This document shows positions 32,983 to 42,049 of a stretch of DNA of 64,000 nt, piece after piece. The translations under genes and the position numbers were made by a program. Under the pieces are notes generated by a model. The model was not told the origin of the DNA, ran no database searches, and was given only the letters and a program-made list of their open reading frames with translations. Source of the stretch: Candidatus Omnitrophota bacterium (GTDB lineage Bacteria > Omnitrophota > Gorgyraeia > 2-01-FULL-45-10); contig JAPLME010000012.1 in assembly GCA_026387175.1 (NCBI GenBank), forward strand, positions 5,849-69,848. Reading direction: 5' to 3'. Numbering within the stretch: position 1 is the stretch's first letter; each line of letters starts with the position of its first letter.

Positions 32983-33936
32983 ATGAATAATAAGTTTGTC
33001 TGGACCAAAAAGGACCTGCTGGGGCTCGAATATCTTTCAGCTGAAGAGATAAAGTTCATTTTATATACCGCCGGAAGCTTTAAAGAAGTGACGACCAGGC
33101 AGATAAAAAAAGTGCCCGCGCTTCGGGGCAAAACGGTCGTGAACCTGTTCTACGAACCGTCGACGAGGACCCGCGCTTCGTTTGAGCTAGCGGCAAAGAG
33201 GCTGTCGGCGGATGTTTTAAATATAGCAGTGGAATCGTCCAGCGTGAAGAAGGGCGAGACGCTGATGGACACCGGAAAGAATATAGAGGCCCTCAAGATA
33301 GATATAATAGTGGTGCGCCATAACTGCAGCGGCGCCCCGCAGATACTGGCGCGTTCGGTCTCCTCCAGCATCGTGAACGCGGGTGACGGATGGCACGAAC
33401 ACCCGACTCAGGCGCTCCTGGACATTTTTACGTTAAAAGAGAAACTCGGTAAAATAGAGGGCTTACGGGTCAGCATAATAGGCGATATAGCGCACTCCAG
33501 AGTCGCGCGTTCGAATATCTGGGGGCTGACCAAATTAGGCGCCAAAGTCACCGTCTGCGCGCCGGAGATGCTGATCCCCGAAGGTATAGAGAAAATGGGC
33601 GTTAAGACCACGACGAACCTCGATGAAGCATTAGAAGGGGCGGACGCTATAAATGTGCTCAGGATGCAGTTTGAGAGAGATGCGGCCGTGGCCTTTCCGT
33701 CAAAACTCGAATATTTAAAGAATTACGGTATCACCACAGAGAGGCTCGCCAAATGCAAGAAAGATATAGTGGTTATGCATCCAGGGCCCATCAATAGAGG
33801 TGTGGAGATGTCGAGCGAAGTGGCTGATGGTAAAAACTCGGTCATATTAGAGCAGGTGACCAACGGGATAGCGGTCAGGATGGCGGTCCTCTATCTTGTC
33901 TCAGCCGCCAAGGATAAACCCGGAGGCTTAAAGTAG
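32983..33936 (+). CDS. pyrB: Aspartate carbamoyltransferase
   Basis: FYEPSTRTRASF, HPTQALLD, MHPGP. Confidence 0.97.
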   Translation: MNNKFVWTKKDLLGLEYLSAEEIKFILYTAGSFKEVTTRQIKKVPALRGKTVVNLFYEPSTRTRASFELAAKRLSADVLNIAVESSSVKKGETLMDTGKNIEALKIDIIVVRHNCSGAPQILARSVSSSIVNAGDGWHEHPTQALLDIFTLKEKLGKIEGLRVSIIGDIAHSRVARSNIWGLTKLGAKVTVCAPEMLIPEGIEKMGVKTTTNLDEALEGADAINVLRMQFERDAAVAFPSKLEYLKNYGITTERLAKCKKDIVVMHPGPINRGVEMSSEVADGKNSVILEQVTNGIAVRMAVLYLVSAAKDKPGGLK

Positions 33937-35231
33937 TGAAATATCTCATTAAGAACGGCAGGGTGATAGATCCCGCTAATAAGATCGATGGAGAATTTGA
34001 TATACTGGTCTCCGGTGATAAGATCGAAAAGATCGGCCCGCGCTTAAATGAGAAGTGCGGCAAGGTTATAGACGCTAAAGGCAAGATAGTCGCCCCGGGC
34101 TTTATCGATATGCATACGCATCTGAGGGAGCCGGGCAGGGAAGATAAGGAAACTATCGCCAGCGGCACCCGAGCCGCCGTGCGCGGCGGATTTACCACTA
34201 TCTGCTGTATGCCGAACACGGAGCCCGCCATAGACAATCCCAAGACCGTAAAACTCGTCAAAGATATTATTAAGAAGGACGCTTTATGTAATGTCCTGAT
34301 AGTCGGAGCCATAACGCTTTCGCGTCTGGGTAAAGAGCTTGCCGATCTTGCCGGTATGAAAAGGGCAGGCGTTATAGCCCTTTCCGACGACGGTTCATCG
34401 GTAGAGGATAGGGACCTTATGCGGGATGCGTTTAAAGAGACAAAAATAAACGGCATGCTCGTAATGGACCACTGTGAGGATCCTGCGTTATCGGCTCTCG
34501 GCGTGGTCAACAAAGGTTTTATCTCTACGAAGATGGGGCTCAAAGGAATAGCTAAAGCCGCGGAATACGAGATGATAAAGCGTGATATAGAGCTGGCTGA
34601 ACGAGCGGCCGCGCGGATCCATATAGCGCATGTGAGCTGCGGCGAATCTGTGGAGATAATAAGGAAAGCGAAGAAGCGGGGGGTGAAGGTGACGGCAGAG
34701 ACAGCGCCTCACTACTTCACGCTTACGGAAGAGTGCTGCGTGACGTATGATACAAATACAAAGATGAACCCGCCTCTTCGGACGAAAGAAGACGTCGAAG
34801 CCATAAAGAAGGGGCTCTCCGAAGGCACGATAGACGCCATAGCTACGGATCATGCGCCTCATACAGACTCGGAGAAGGACGTTGAATTCGATTTTGCTCC
34901 ATTCGGGATAATAGGCCTCGAGACTGCGCTCGGCCTGGCTGTGACGGAACTGGTCGAGAAAAAAATTCTATCATGGGACGAACTTATCGAGAAGATGTCC
35001 ATTAACCCCGCGAAGATCCTGGGCGTCGAGGCCCTCGGCCTGAAAGAGGGCGCTCCGGCGGATATCGTAATAATAGATCCTGCGGAAGAATACACGTATG
35101 CCAAAGGCTCCATAGAATCGAAATCGAAGAACTCGCCTTTTGTGGGCTGGCGGCTTAAAGGAAAAGTCACGGACGTTTTTGTCAGAGGCGAACCTGTGAT
35201 GGAAGGAAAGTCGATCAAGGCGGACAGATGA
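33936..35231 (+). CDS. pyrC: Dihydroorotase
   Basis: DMHTHLREPG, KMNPPLR, TDHAPH. Confidence 0.97.
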   Translation: MKYLIKNGRVIDPANKIDGEFDILVSGDKIEKIGPRLNEKCGKVIDAKGKIVAPGFIDMHTHLREPGREDKETIASGTRAAVRGGFTTICCMPNTEPAIDNPKTVKLVKDIIKKDALCNVLIVGAITLSRLGKELADLAGMKRAGVIALSDDGSSVEDRDLMRDAFKETKINGMLVMDHCEDPALSALGVVNKGFISTKMGLKGIAKAAEYEMIKRDIELAERAAARIHIAHVSCGESVEIIRKAKKRGVKVTAETAPHYFTLTEECCVTYDTNTKMNPPLRTKEDVEAIKKGLSEGTIDAIATDHAPHTDSEKDVEFDFAPFGIIGLETALGLAVTELVEKKILSWDELIEKMSINPAKILGVEALGLKEGAPADIVIIDPAEEYTYAKGSIESKSKNSPFVGWRLKGKVTDVFVRGEPVMEGKSIKADR

Positions 35232-36025
35232 GACAGTTAAAAGCGGAGATATTATCGAATAAAAAAGTCGGCAGCGGCTTTTATAGAATGAAGCTCGGTG
35301 AAAACTATCTGGCAAAAATCACGCGGGCCGGGCAGTTCGTTGAAGTAAGATGCTCGAGCGGCGCGGAAACGCTTCTTCGCAGGCCGCTCGGCGTGCATAG
35401 GATATGGCCCGACGGTATCGAGATGCTGTATGAGGTGGTGGGGAAGGGTACTGCGCTTCTCTCCGAAAAAAAAGCCGGCGAAAAACTGGATATGATCGGG
35501 CCTCTGGGGAACGGTTTCGATACGGATCTCGCGTCTGATATCAATATACTGGTAGCGGGAGGGATCGGCGTGGCGCCTCTTACGGCGCTCGCGGAGAACT
35601 TACGCGCAAGACAGAATAAAAAAGTGCATGTCATGATCGGCGCCAGGACGAGATCGCATATAATGTGCAAAGAAGAGTTCAAGTCTCTGGGATGCAGCGT
35701 CAAGATTTCCACGGATGACGGGTCAAGGGGCTATAAGGGCTTTGCGACGGAGCTTCTCATTAATTTACTTGCAACCTGTAAGCCTGAGACCTATTTGCCC
35801 CAATTCAGGCGCGTGATGGTCTACGCTTGCGGCCCGATGGAGATGCTGAGGGCCGTAAGGGCGATTACGCTAAAGCGCGGCATCCCGTGCCAGGTCTCGC
35901 TCGAAGAGCGCATGGCATGTGGAGTAGGAGTTTGCCTGGGCTGTCCCGTAAAGATGAAGACGGGCGGCTACAAGATGGTCTGTAAGGACGGCCCGGTTTT
36001 TAACACGGAGGATCTCGCCTGGTGA
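35228..36025 (+). CDS. pyrK: Dihydroorotate dehydrogenase electron transfer subunit
   Basis: LRRP, GGIGVAP, MACGVGVCLGC, CKDGPVF. Confidence 0.95.
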   Translation: MRQLKAEILSNKKVGSGFYRMKLGENYLAKITRAGQFVEVRCSSGAETLLRRPLGVHRIWPDGIEMLYEVVGKGTALLSEKKAGEKLDMIGPLGNGFDTDLASDINILVAGGIGVAPLTALAENLRARQNKKVHVMIGARTRSHIMCKEEFKSLGCSVKISTDDGSRGYKGFATELLINLLATCKPETYLPQFRRVMVYACGPMEMLRAVRAITLKRGIPCQVSLEERMACGVGVCLGCPVKMKTGGYKMVCKDGPVFNTEDLAW

Positions 36026-36939
36026 AAATGAATCTAGGAGTTAAGATAGGGAAGCTGAAACTGAAAAACCCGGTGATGGTGGCCTCCGGCACATGGGGCG
36101 CCGAATACGGGGAGCTCTACGATATCAATAAGCTCGGCGCGATCGTGCTTAAGACTATTACTCTCGAAGAGCGCACGGGTAACCCGTCGCCGCGCGTATG
36201 TGAGACAGCGTCCGGCATGCTTAACTCGATAGGCCTTGAGAATAAGGGCGTCGAGGATTTTATCAATAACAAATTGCCTAAATTACGCGGCGCCAAGACG
36301 CATGTGATAGCAAGCATCGCAGGTAGCGGCAAGAATGAGTTTAAAGAGCTTGCCAGGCGCCTTTCCAGATGCGAACGAGTGAATGCGCTCGAACTTAACC
36401 TCTCATGCCCCAATATCAGCTATGGTTCAGGAGAAGACCTTATCGCGCATAATGAGAAAGCGGTCTATGAAGTCGTGAAAGCCGTAAAGCGCTCGACAGG
36501 GCTCACGATAATAACGAAGCTCTCTCCCAATGTTACGGATATTAAGGTCTTCGCGAAGGCGGCCGAGGCGGGAGGTTCCGACGCCATCGCGCTCACCAAC
36601 ACATTCATAGGCATGGCGGTGGATATTAATACGAAGAAGCCGATGCTCGGCAATGTCACAGGCGGATTGAGCGGACCGGCGGTAAAACCACTGTCATTAA
36701 GGGCCGTCTGGGAGGCGAGCAAAGCTATCGACATCCCGATCATCGGCATCGGCGGTATAATGGATTATAGGGATGCCGTGGAATTTATGCTCTGCGGGGC
36801 GAGCGCTATCCAGGTTGGGACAGCTAATTTCGTTAACCCCAGGGCACCGGTGGAAATAATCAAGGGCCTGGAAGAATATTTAAAGAAAAAGAATATAAAC
36901 AGCGTTAGTAAATTAATCGGAGCGGTAAAACTAGGATAA
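36022..36939 (+). CDS. pyrD: Dihydroorotate dehydrogenase (family 1B)
   Basis: NPVMVASGT, NLSCPN, GGLSGPAVKP. Confidence 0.96.
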   Translation: MKMNLGVKIGKLKLKNPVMVASGTWGAEYGELYDINKLGAIVLKTITLEERTGNPSPRVCETASGMLNSIGLENKGVEDFINNKLPKLRGAKTHVIASIAGSGKNEFKELARRLSRCERVNALELNLSCPNISYGSGEDLIAHNEKAVYEVVKAVKRSTGLTIITKLSPNVTDIKVFAKAAEAGGSDAIALTNTFIGMAVDINTKKPMLGNVTGGLSGPAVKPLSLRAVWEASKAIDIPIIGIGGIMDYRDAVEFMLCGASAIQVGTANFVNPRAPVEIIKGLEEYLKKKNINSVSKLIGAVKLG

Positions 36940-36942
36940 CTT

Positions 36943-37656
36943 ATGGATCCGAAAGAGAAGCTGATAATAGCGCTTGACGTGGATACGAAAGAGAAAGCGT
37001 TGTCGCTCGTCGATATGTTAAAGAGCGATGTAAAGTTTTTCAAGATCGGCCTTGAGCTCTTTTCATCATGCGGCCCGTCAATCGTCGGAGACGTAAGTCG
37101 AAAGAGCTGTCGGATATTCCTGGACCTGAAGTATCATGATATACCCAATACCGTATCAAAGTCTGCGGTAAGCGTAACCAAGCTGGGCGTCTTCATGTTA
37201 AATCTTCATGCGCTTGGCGGATATGAAATGATGAAGAAGGCCGCGTCGGCTGTCAGGCAGGAGGCCGATAGATTAAAGATAACAAGGCCGAAGGTCATCG
37301 CCGTCACTATCCTTACAAGCATGGATGAAACGGCCTTGAAGAAAGCGGGTATAAATGATACTATGGACGCCGCGGTCTTGAGGCTGGCGAAGCTGGCAAA
37401 AGAGGCAGGACTCGATGGTGTTGTCGCCTCACCGTCCGAGATCAAGTTATTGCGAGAAGGCCTCGGCAAGGATTTTCTGATAGTCACTCCCGGGGTGCGG
37501 CCTGAATGGGCCGCGGCAGGCGACCAAAAGAGGATCGCGACGCCTGCTCAGGCGATTAGGGATGGTGCCAGCTTTATCGTAGTCGGCCGCCCTGTGACGG
37601 AGGCCAAAGACCCGCGGGAAGCGGCAAGAAAAATATTGAAAGAGATGGATCTGTGA
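36943..37656 (+). CDS. pyrF: Orotidine-5'-phosphate decarboxylase
   Basis: DLKYHDIPNT, VTPGVR, VVGRP. Confidence 0.97.
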   Translation: MDPKEKLIIALDVDTKEKALSLVDMLKSDVKFFKIGLELFSSCGPSIVGDVSRKSCRIFLDLKYHDIPNTVSKSAVSVTKLGVFMLNLHALGGYEMMKKAASAVRQEADRLKITRPKVIAVTILTSMDETALKKAGINDTMDAAVLRLAKLAKEAGLDGVVASPSEIKLLREGLGKDFLIVTPGVRPEWAAAGDQKRIATPAQAIRDGASFIVVGRPVTEAKDPREAARKILKEMDL

Positions 37657-38222
37657 CCGACAAAGAGGTAATTGGGCTATTCGAAAAAAACAATGCTCTT
37701 CTGAGCGGGCATTTTAAACTTTCCAGCGGCCGGCATAGCGAAAAATACCTGCAATGCGCTCTCGTGCTCCAATATCCGGATATAGCCGAAAAGCTCGCGA
37801 AGGAGCTGGCCGAGAAATTCGCCGGCACCAAAATCGACCTTGTAGTAGGGCCGGCACTCGGCGGAATGACATTTGCGTATGAAGTCGCCAGGGCGCTCGG
37901 TGTACGCGGAATATTCACAGAGCGGGATGGGGGTAAGATGACCTTGCGTCGCGGCTTCTCGATAGCTTCCGGAGAGAAGGTCCTTATAGCGGAAGATGTT
38001 GTGACGACAGGCCTGTCCACTAAAGAGGTGATGGATGTCGTAAGGGCACATGGCGGTGCAGTAGTGGCCGTGACGAGCATAATAGACAGGAGCGATGCAG
38101 CTCCCGACTACGGAGTCAGGTTTGAGTCTCTCGCGAAGATCAAGGTAGAGACATATGAGCCGGAAGCGTGTCCGCTCTGTAAAGCAGGAAGCCCGGCGGT
38201 AAAGCCCGGTTCCAGGAAATAA
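37653..38222 (+). CDS. pyrE: Orotate phosphoribosyltransferase
   Basis: GHFKLSSGRHS, EDVVTTGLS. Confidence 0.96.
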   Translation: MTDKEVIGLFEKNNALLSGHFKLSSGRHSEKYLQCALVLQYPDIAEKLAKELAEKFAGTKIDLVVGPALGGMTFAYEVARALGVRGIFTERDGGKMTLRRGFSIASGEKVLIAEDVVTTGLSTKEVMDVVRAHGGAVVAVTSIIDRSDAAPDYGVRFESLAKIKVETYEPEACPLCKAGSPAVKPGSRK

Positions 38223-38237
38223 GAAAAATAATTTTGT

Positions 38238-38312
38238 GGGCAAGTAGCTCAATGGCGGAGCACTCGGTTTACATCCGAGTGGTTACAGGTTCGAGTCCTG
38301 TCTTGCCCACCA
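38238..38312 (+). tRNA. tRNA-Val(TAC)
   Basis: GGGCAAG acceptor, CTCGG-TTTACAT-CCGAG, GGTTCGAGTCC, ACCA. Confidence 0.95.
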
Positions 38313-38351
38313 TAATAAGTCAATCTACCTCTGTGTTTTAAGGTTTAGCGT

Positions 38352-38473
38352 AGGGACTTGAAGCTTGCGAGCGCCGACGAATAGGAGGAAAAGGTCTCCG
38401 ACCGGCAGCGAGCAAGCTGGCTACGCAGGTGAGCTCTGCGAACCGAAGTAGCCGAGTCCTGTCTTGCCCACCA
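38352..38473 (+). repeat. tRNA-anchored structured element, copy 1
   Basis: AGGGACTTGAA (antisense T-arm), 90-nt core (38363-38452), then an exact 21-nt copy of the tRNA-Val 3' end, CGAGTCCTGTCTTGCCCACCA. Confidence 0.85.
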
Positions 38474-38486
38474 TCCTTCATCTATT

Positions 38487-38729
38487 ATGAGCAACTGGAC
38501 CCTATATATACTCAAATGTTCCGACGGATCTCTGTATACCGGGATAACGACGGATCTCGGGAAGCGCTTTAAATGCCACAATGAAGGCAAGGCCTCGAAG
38601 TATACGAGATCCAGGCTTCCCGTGAAACTGGCATATAAAAGATCTCTGAAGGATGAATCTTCCGCAAGAAAAGAAGAGGCCCGAATTAAGGGCCTCTCCA
38701 GAAAAGCAAAACTCGATATTATATCTTAG
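38487..38729 (+). CDS. Small GIY-YIG nuclease (YhbQ/YazA, UPF0213-like)
   Basis: LYILKCSDGSLYTGIT...RFKCHN.G.ASKYTR.R.P...A...E..IK. Confidence 0.9.
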   Translation: MSNWTLYILKCSDGSLYTGITTDLGKRFKCHNEGKASKYTRSRLPVKLAYKRSLKDESSARKEEARIKGLSRKAKLDIIS

Positions 38730-40284
38730 GGCGCCTAAACTTAGCGAACGGAATGTTGCTGTGAGGTTTGCTGTAAGGTACCTGGCCGTGGCTGTGTTTC
38801 TCGCCGGTGTTTGGGCTAGCGTGTTGGCTGCCCTCGCGCCTTGGGCCGTATTCCGGCCTCGGAGCGTATGCGCGTTTTTCGCCATAGCTGCTTCCACTAC
38901 TACTTCCGCCGCTGCTATGTTCGCGATTACTGCTCTTATTATATGAGTGCCTCGGCTGGCCTCCGCCGAAACCGCGCGGCTTGCCATAACTACTGCCACC
39001 GCCGGACCCCCTGCCACCGAATCCGCCGCCACGGTTACCGCCACCACCGTATCTCGGCCTATATCCTGATGAGCCATGGCTTGAACCTTGAACGAATGTC
39101 TCTTTCGGAAGCTCTGGATGTTCCGATATAGGAATTGCAGCCTTAATGAGTCTTTCTATATTCTTTACGTCCGGGCCCTGATCCGGCGTGGCGAATGATA
39201 TCGCGCGGCCTTCCAGTCCGGCTCTCGCGGTGCGGCCTATGCGATGAACATAATTCTCCGACTCTTCCGGAAGGTCAAAGTTAATGACCACCTCTATGCC
39301 CGCCACATCTATTCCGCGGGCTGCGATATCGGTCGCTACGAGTATCCTGTATCTGCCGTTCTTAAAACCCTCTAGCGCTTCCTTGCGCTGTCCGAGCGTA
39401 CGATCCGAATGTATCTCGGCGGCTTTATGGCCCATATCCCTGATAAGGCGGGTCGTCTTCTTAGCTCCGATCCTTGTCCTGGTGAATAAGAGGACCGAAC
39501 CATGATACTGGGCGAGGATCTTTTCGAGAAGATGCCTCTTCGATTCCTTCTTTACGATGAATAATTCCTGAGTAACGAGTTCTACGGTAGTTCCTGAGGG
39601 AGCGACCTCCACGCTTACGGGCAGTTTCATGTGCGCCGTGGCGATCTTCATGATCTCGGCCGGTATGGTCGCCGAGAAGAGCAGCGTCTGCCTGTTGCGC
39701 GGTATCGCTTTTATTATCTGTTCGATCGATGGCAGAAATCCCATGTCGAGCATGCGGTCGGCCTCATCGAGCACCAGTATATTCACATCGGCCATCATTA
39801 TAGTGTGCCGTTCCATGTGATCGACCAGTCTTCCGGGTGTGGCGATGAGAATGCGCGGGTTCTTTCTCAGAGCCTGTATCTGCAGCCCCATAGCCGCTCC
39901 CCCTATCAGGACGGCGGTCTTTATGCCGAATATGGGAGCGATCTTGCGGAATGTCTCATCTATCTGTATCGCGAGTTCGCGTGTCGGCGCGAGAACGAGG
40001 CATCTGCCCTTGCCTTGCGCGAGCCTCTGTATCACGGGGATCGCGAAAGCGAGCGTCTTGCCGGTTCCTGTCTGGGCTATGCCTATCATATCTTTGCCCT
40101 CGATAGCCTGAGGGATAGCCTTGTGCTGTATCGGCGTAGGAACGGTGAACGAAAGCTTGCTCAATGTTTCGAGTATCTTTGGAGCTATGCCTAAACCGTA
40201 AAACGATCCGCCCGCCTGCTGAGGCTGTTGAGGTTGTTGCGGTTGCTGCGGTTCGATGCTTGAAGCGTCAAAATGCCATGCCAT
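38719..40284 (-). CDS. DEAD-box RNA helicase (RhlE-like) with PQQ N-terminal repeat and Gly/Arg-rich tail
   Basis: AQTGTGKT, PTRELA, DEAD, SAT, HRIGRTAR. Confidence 0.95.
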   Translation of the reverse strand: MAWHFDASSIEPQQPQQPQQPQQAGGSFYGLGIAPKILETLSKLSFTVPTPIQHKAIPQAIEGKDMIGIAQTGTGKTLAFAIPVIQRLAQGKGRCLVLAPTRELAIQIDETFRKIAPIFGIKTAVLIGGAAMGLQIQALRKNPRILIATPGRLVDHMERHTIMMADVNILVLDEADRMLDMGFLPSIEQIIKAIPRNRQTLLFSATIPAEIMKIATAHMKLPVSVEVAPSGTTVELVTQELFIVKKESKRHLLEKILAQYHGSVLLFTRTRIGAKKTTRLIRDMGHKAAEIHSDRTLGQRKEALEGFKNGRYRILVATDIAARGIDVAGIEVVINFDLPEESENYVHRIGRTARAGLEGRAISFATPDQGPDVKNIERLIKAAIPISEHPELPKETFVQGSSHGSSGYRPRYGGGGNRGGGFGGRGSGGGSSYGKPRGFGGGQPRHSYNKSSNREHSSGGSSSGSSYGEKRAYAPRPEYGPRREGSQHASPNTGEKHSHGQVPYSKPHSNIPFAKFRRPKI

Positions 40285-40487
40285 ATTGAATTTTACCTTT
40301 TTGTTGTGGTTTTCAGACCATATAAAAACAAAAAAACCGCTAGGTTAGTGATCTTTCTACCTTGCGGTTACAGATTCTAATCTCCATGTCGAGCCTCATC
40401 GTACCACAGCAGTTGCTATTTGTCCAGACATTTCTTAAAATACCCGAAAGTTTACTTTTTCATAAGTTTTATGTTATAATATCGTTC

Positions 40488-41486
40488 ATGAAGATATCAG
40501 AACTGGCGCGCCTAATCGGCGGCGTTGTCGAAGGCGATGGCAATATTGATATAAAAGGTCTGGGCGGAATAGAATCTGCCAAGGCGGGCGAGCTCACATT
40601 CGCTACAGACGAAGAGAAGCTCTCATATGCCGAGCGCTCGAACGCTTCATGTGTTTTGACCGCTAAAACCGTCAGAAGCTCCACAAAGCCCCTGATAAAG
40701 GTCGATAATCCGAAACTTTCGTTCCTGATCATATATAATACCCTCAATACCCCTGAGCGGAGGGGAGAGTTTCGGCATCCTACGGCTACAGTGGAGAAGT
40801 CCGCGCGGCTCGGGAAGAACGTCTGGATCGGGCCCCATGTTTCGATAGAGGACGGGGTCGAGATAGGCGATAACGCTATAATCGAGTCCAATTCCGCAAT
40901 TAAGAAGAATTGCCGGCTGGGGCCATCCTGCCGGGTCTATCCGAATGTAACATTATATGAAGGTATGGTGCTGGGGCGCAATGTCATACTTCACAGCGGA
41001 GTGGTGGTAGGCGCCGATGGTTTCGGATACGTTAGAGAGAAAGATAAGATATATAAATTTCCTCAAGCCGGGAAGGTTATTATAGGAGATGACGTAGAGA
41101 TAGGCGCCAATACCACCATCGACAGGGGATCCATGAATGATACCGTCATAGGCGCCGGCACTAAGATAGATAACCTGTGCCAGATAGCGCATAACGTCAG
41201 GATAGGCAAGAATACGATAATAGCCGGCCATAGCGGCGTTTCCGGGTCGACCGTGATCGGCGATAACGTCACCATCGCCGGAAAAGTCGGCATAGCCGAT
41301 AACCTTACGATAGGGTCTAACGCGATTGTAGGCGGAGGAACCTCCGTCATCGGGGATATCAGGGAAGGCGAAGTGGTCTGGGGATTTCCCGCAAGACCTA
41401 TACGCGAGATGAAGCGGCAGCTGGCGACCCTCTCATGGCTGACGAAGCATTTTGGGGCTCTTTCCAAACTCCTGCACAAAGAATAA
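40488..41486 (+). CDS. lpxD: UDP-3-O-acylglucosamine N-acyltransferase
   Basis: Hexapeptide repeats, [30 protein letters not shown]; start at MKISELA. Confidence 0.93.
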   Translation: MKISELARLIGGVVEGDGNIDIKGLGGIESAKAGELTFATDEEKLSYAERSNASCVLTAKTVRSSTKPLIKVDNPKLSFLIIYNTLNTPERRGEFRHPTATVEKSARLGKNVWIGPHVSIEDGVEIGDNAIIESNSAIKKNCRLGPSCRVYPNVTLYEGMVLGRNVILHSGVVVGADGFGYVREKDKIYKFPQAGKVIIGDDVEIGANTTIDRGSMNDTVIGAGTKIDNLCQIAHNVRIGKNTIIAGHSGVSGSTVIGDNVTIAGKVGIADNLTIGSNAIVGGGTSVIGDIREGEVVWGFPARPIREMKRQLATLSWLTKHFGALSKLLHKE

Positions 41487-41539
41487 AAATCTTGCCATGC
41501 GTGGCAGAATAATTATATAATACCGCTGGCAAATTTACC

Positions 41540-41616
41540 GGGGACGTAGTTCAGTTGGTTAGAACGTCAGATTGTCGATCTGAAGGTCGCGGGTTCGACC
41601 CCCGTCGTCCCCGCCA
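41540..41616 (+). tRNA. tRNA-Asp(GTC)
   Basis: GGGGACG acceptor, TCAGA-TTGTCGA-TCTGA, GGTTCGACCCC, GCCA. Confidence 0.95.
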
Positions 41617-41623
41617 CTTTAGG

Positions 41624-41656
41624 AAATGCCTTACAAAATAACTGTAGGGCATTTTT
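41624..41656 (+). terminator. Intrinsic terminator-like hairpin after tRNA-Asp
   Basis: AAATGCCTTACA-aaataac-TGTAGGGCATTT followed by further T residues. Confidence 0.65.
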
Positions 41657-41659
41657 ATT

Positions 41660-41788
41660 GGTGGCGGGGATATAGGGGGTCGAAGCTCGCGAGCGCCGAC
41701 GAATAGGAGGAAAAGCGCTATGCGCGACAGCGAGCGAGCTGGCTACGCAGGCGAGCTCTGCGAGCCGAAGTAGCCGACCCCCGTCGTC
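41660..41788 (+). repeat. tRNA-anchored structured element, copy 2
   Basis: GGTGGCGGGGAtataGGGGGTCGAA (antisense of the tRNA-Asp 3' end), 90-nt core (41685-41774; 79/90 identical to copy 1), then direct copy CGACCCCCGTCGTC. Confidence 0.85.
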
Positions 41789-41871
41789 AAATCCTCTTGA
41801 CTAATCCTAATTCCAAGAGTAGCATATTCTTTAACTGGTTATTAGGCAGTTACTTAAGGAGCCGAAGCGAC

Positions 41872-42000
41872 GTTCGACTCCCCTCGTCCCCGCTGGAGTT
41901 TGACATATGTGCAGAACCCATAATTAGATATCCGAGTTTCTCAGCTGCCCCTAAAGGCAGCTTTTTTATTTCATGGAATAGACGGCACAAAAACGGCACA
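41872..42000 (+). mobile_element. att-like tRNA-Asp fragment with arm-type direct repeats (integrative-element remnant)
   Basis: GTTCGACTCCCCTCGTCCCCGC (2 mismatches to the tRNA-Asp 3' end); terminator at 41943-41967; ACGGCACA twice with 11-bp period (41982, 41993); AT-rich genes follow. Confidence 0.55.
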
Positions 42001-42049
42001 GTCTTAAGGGAGGGGTTAAGCCTATCCCCTAGTATCTTTAAAGGATAAA

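Noticed and set aside
38352-38473. Simple prophage attR or intron-containing tRNA
   Set aside because: Only ~140 nt separate the direct repeats, with no integrase, no tRNA 5' half and no group I core; this also fails to explain the inverted copy or the core shared with tRNA-Asp.
40219-40252. 9-bp tandem repeat as a mobile or phase-variable element
   Set aside because: In-frame PQQ low-complexity tract at the helicase N-terminus with synonymous variation.
40300-40391. Fluoride riboswitch in the helicase leader
   Set aside because: Only a loose GGAGAT...AACCGC resemblance; the conserved GATG/CTGATGAC motifs are absent.
41720-41773. 17-aa ORF (MRDSERAGYAGELCEPK) behind AGGAGG in element copy 2
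   Set aside because: The ATG is absent in copy 1, and the differences between copies conserve base pairing rather than coding.
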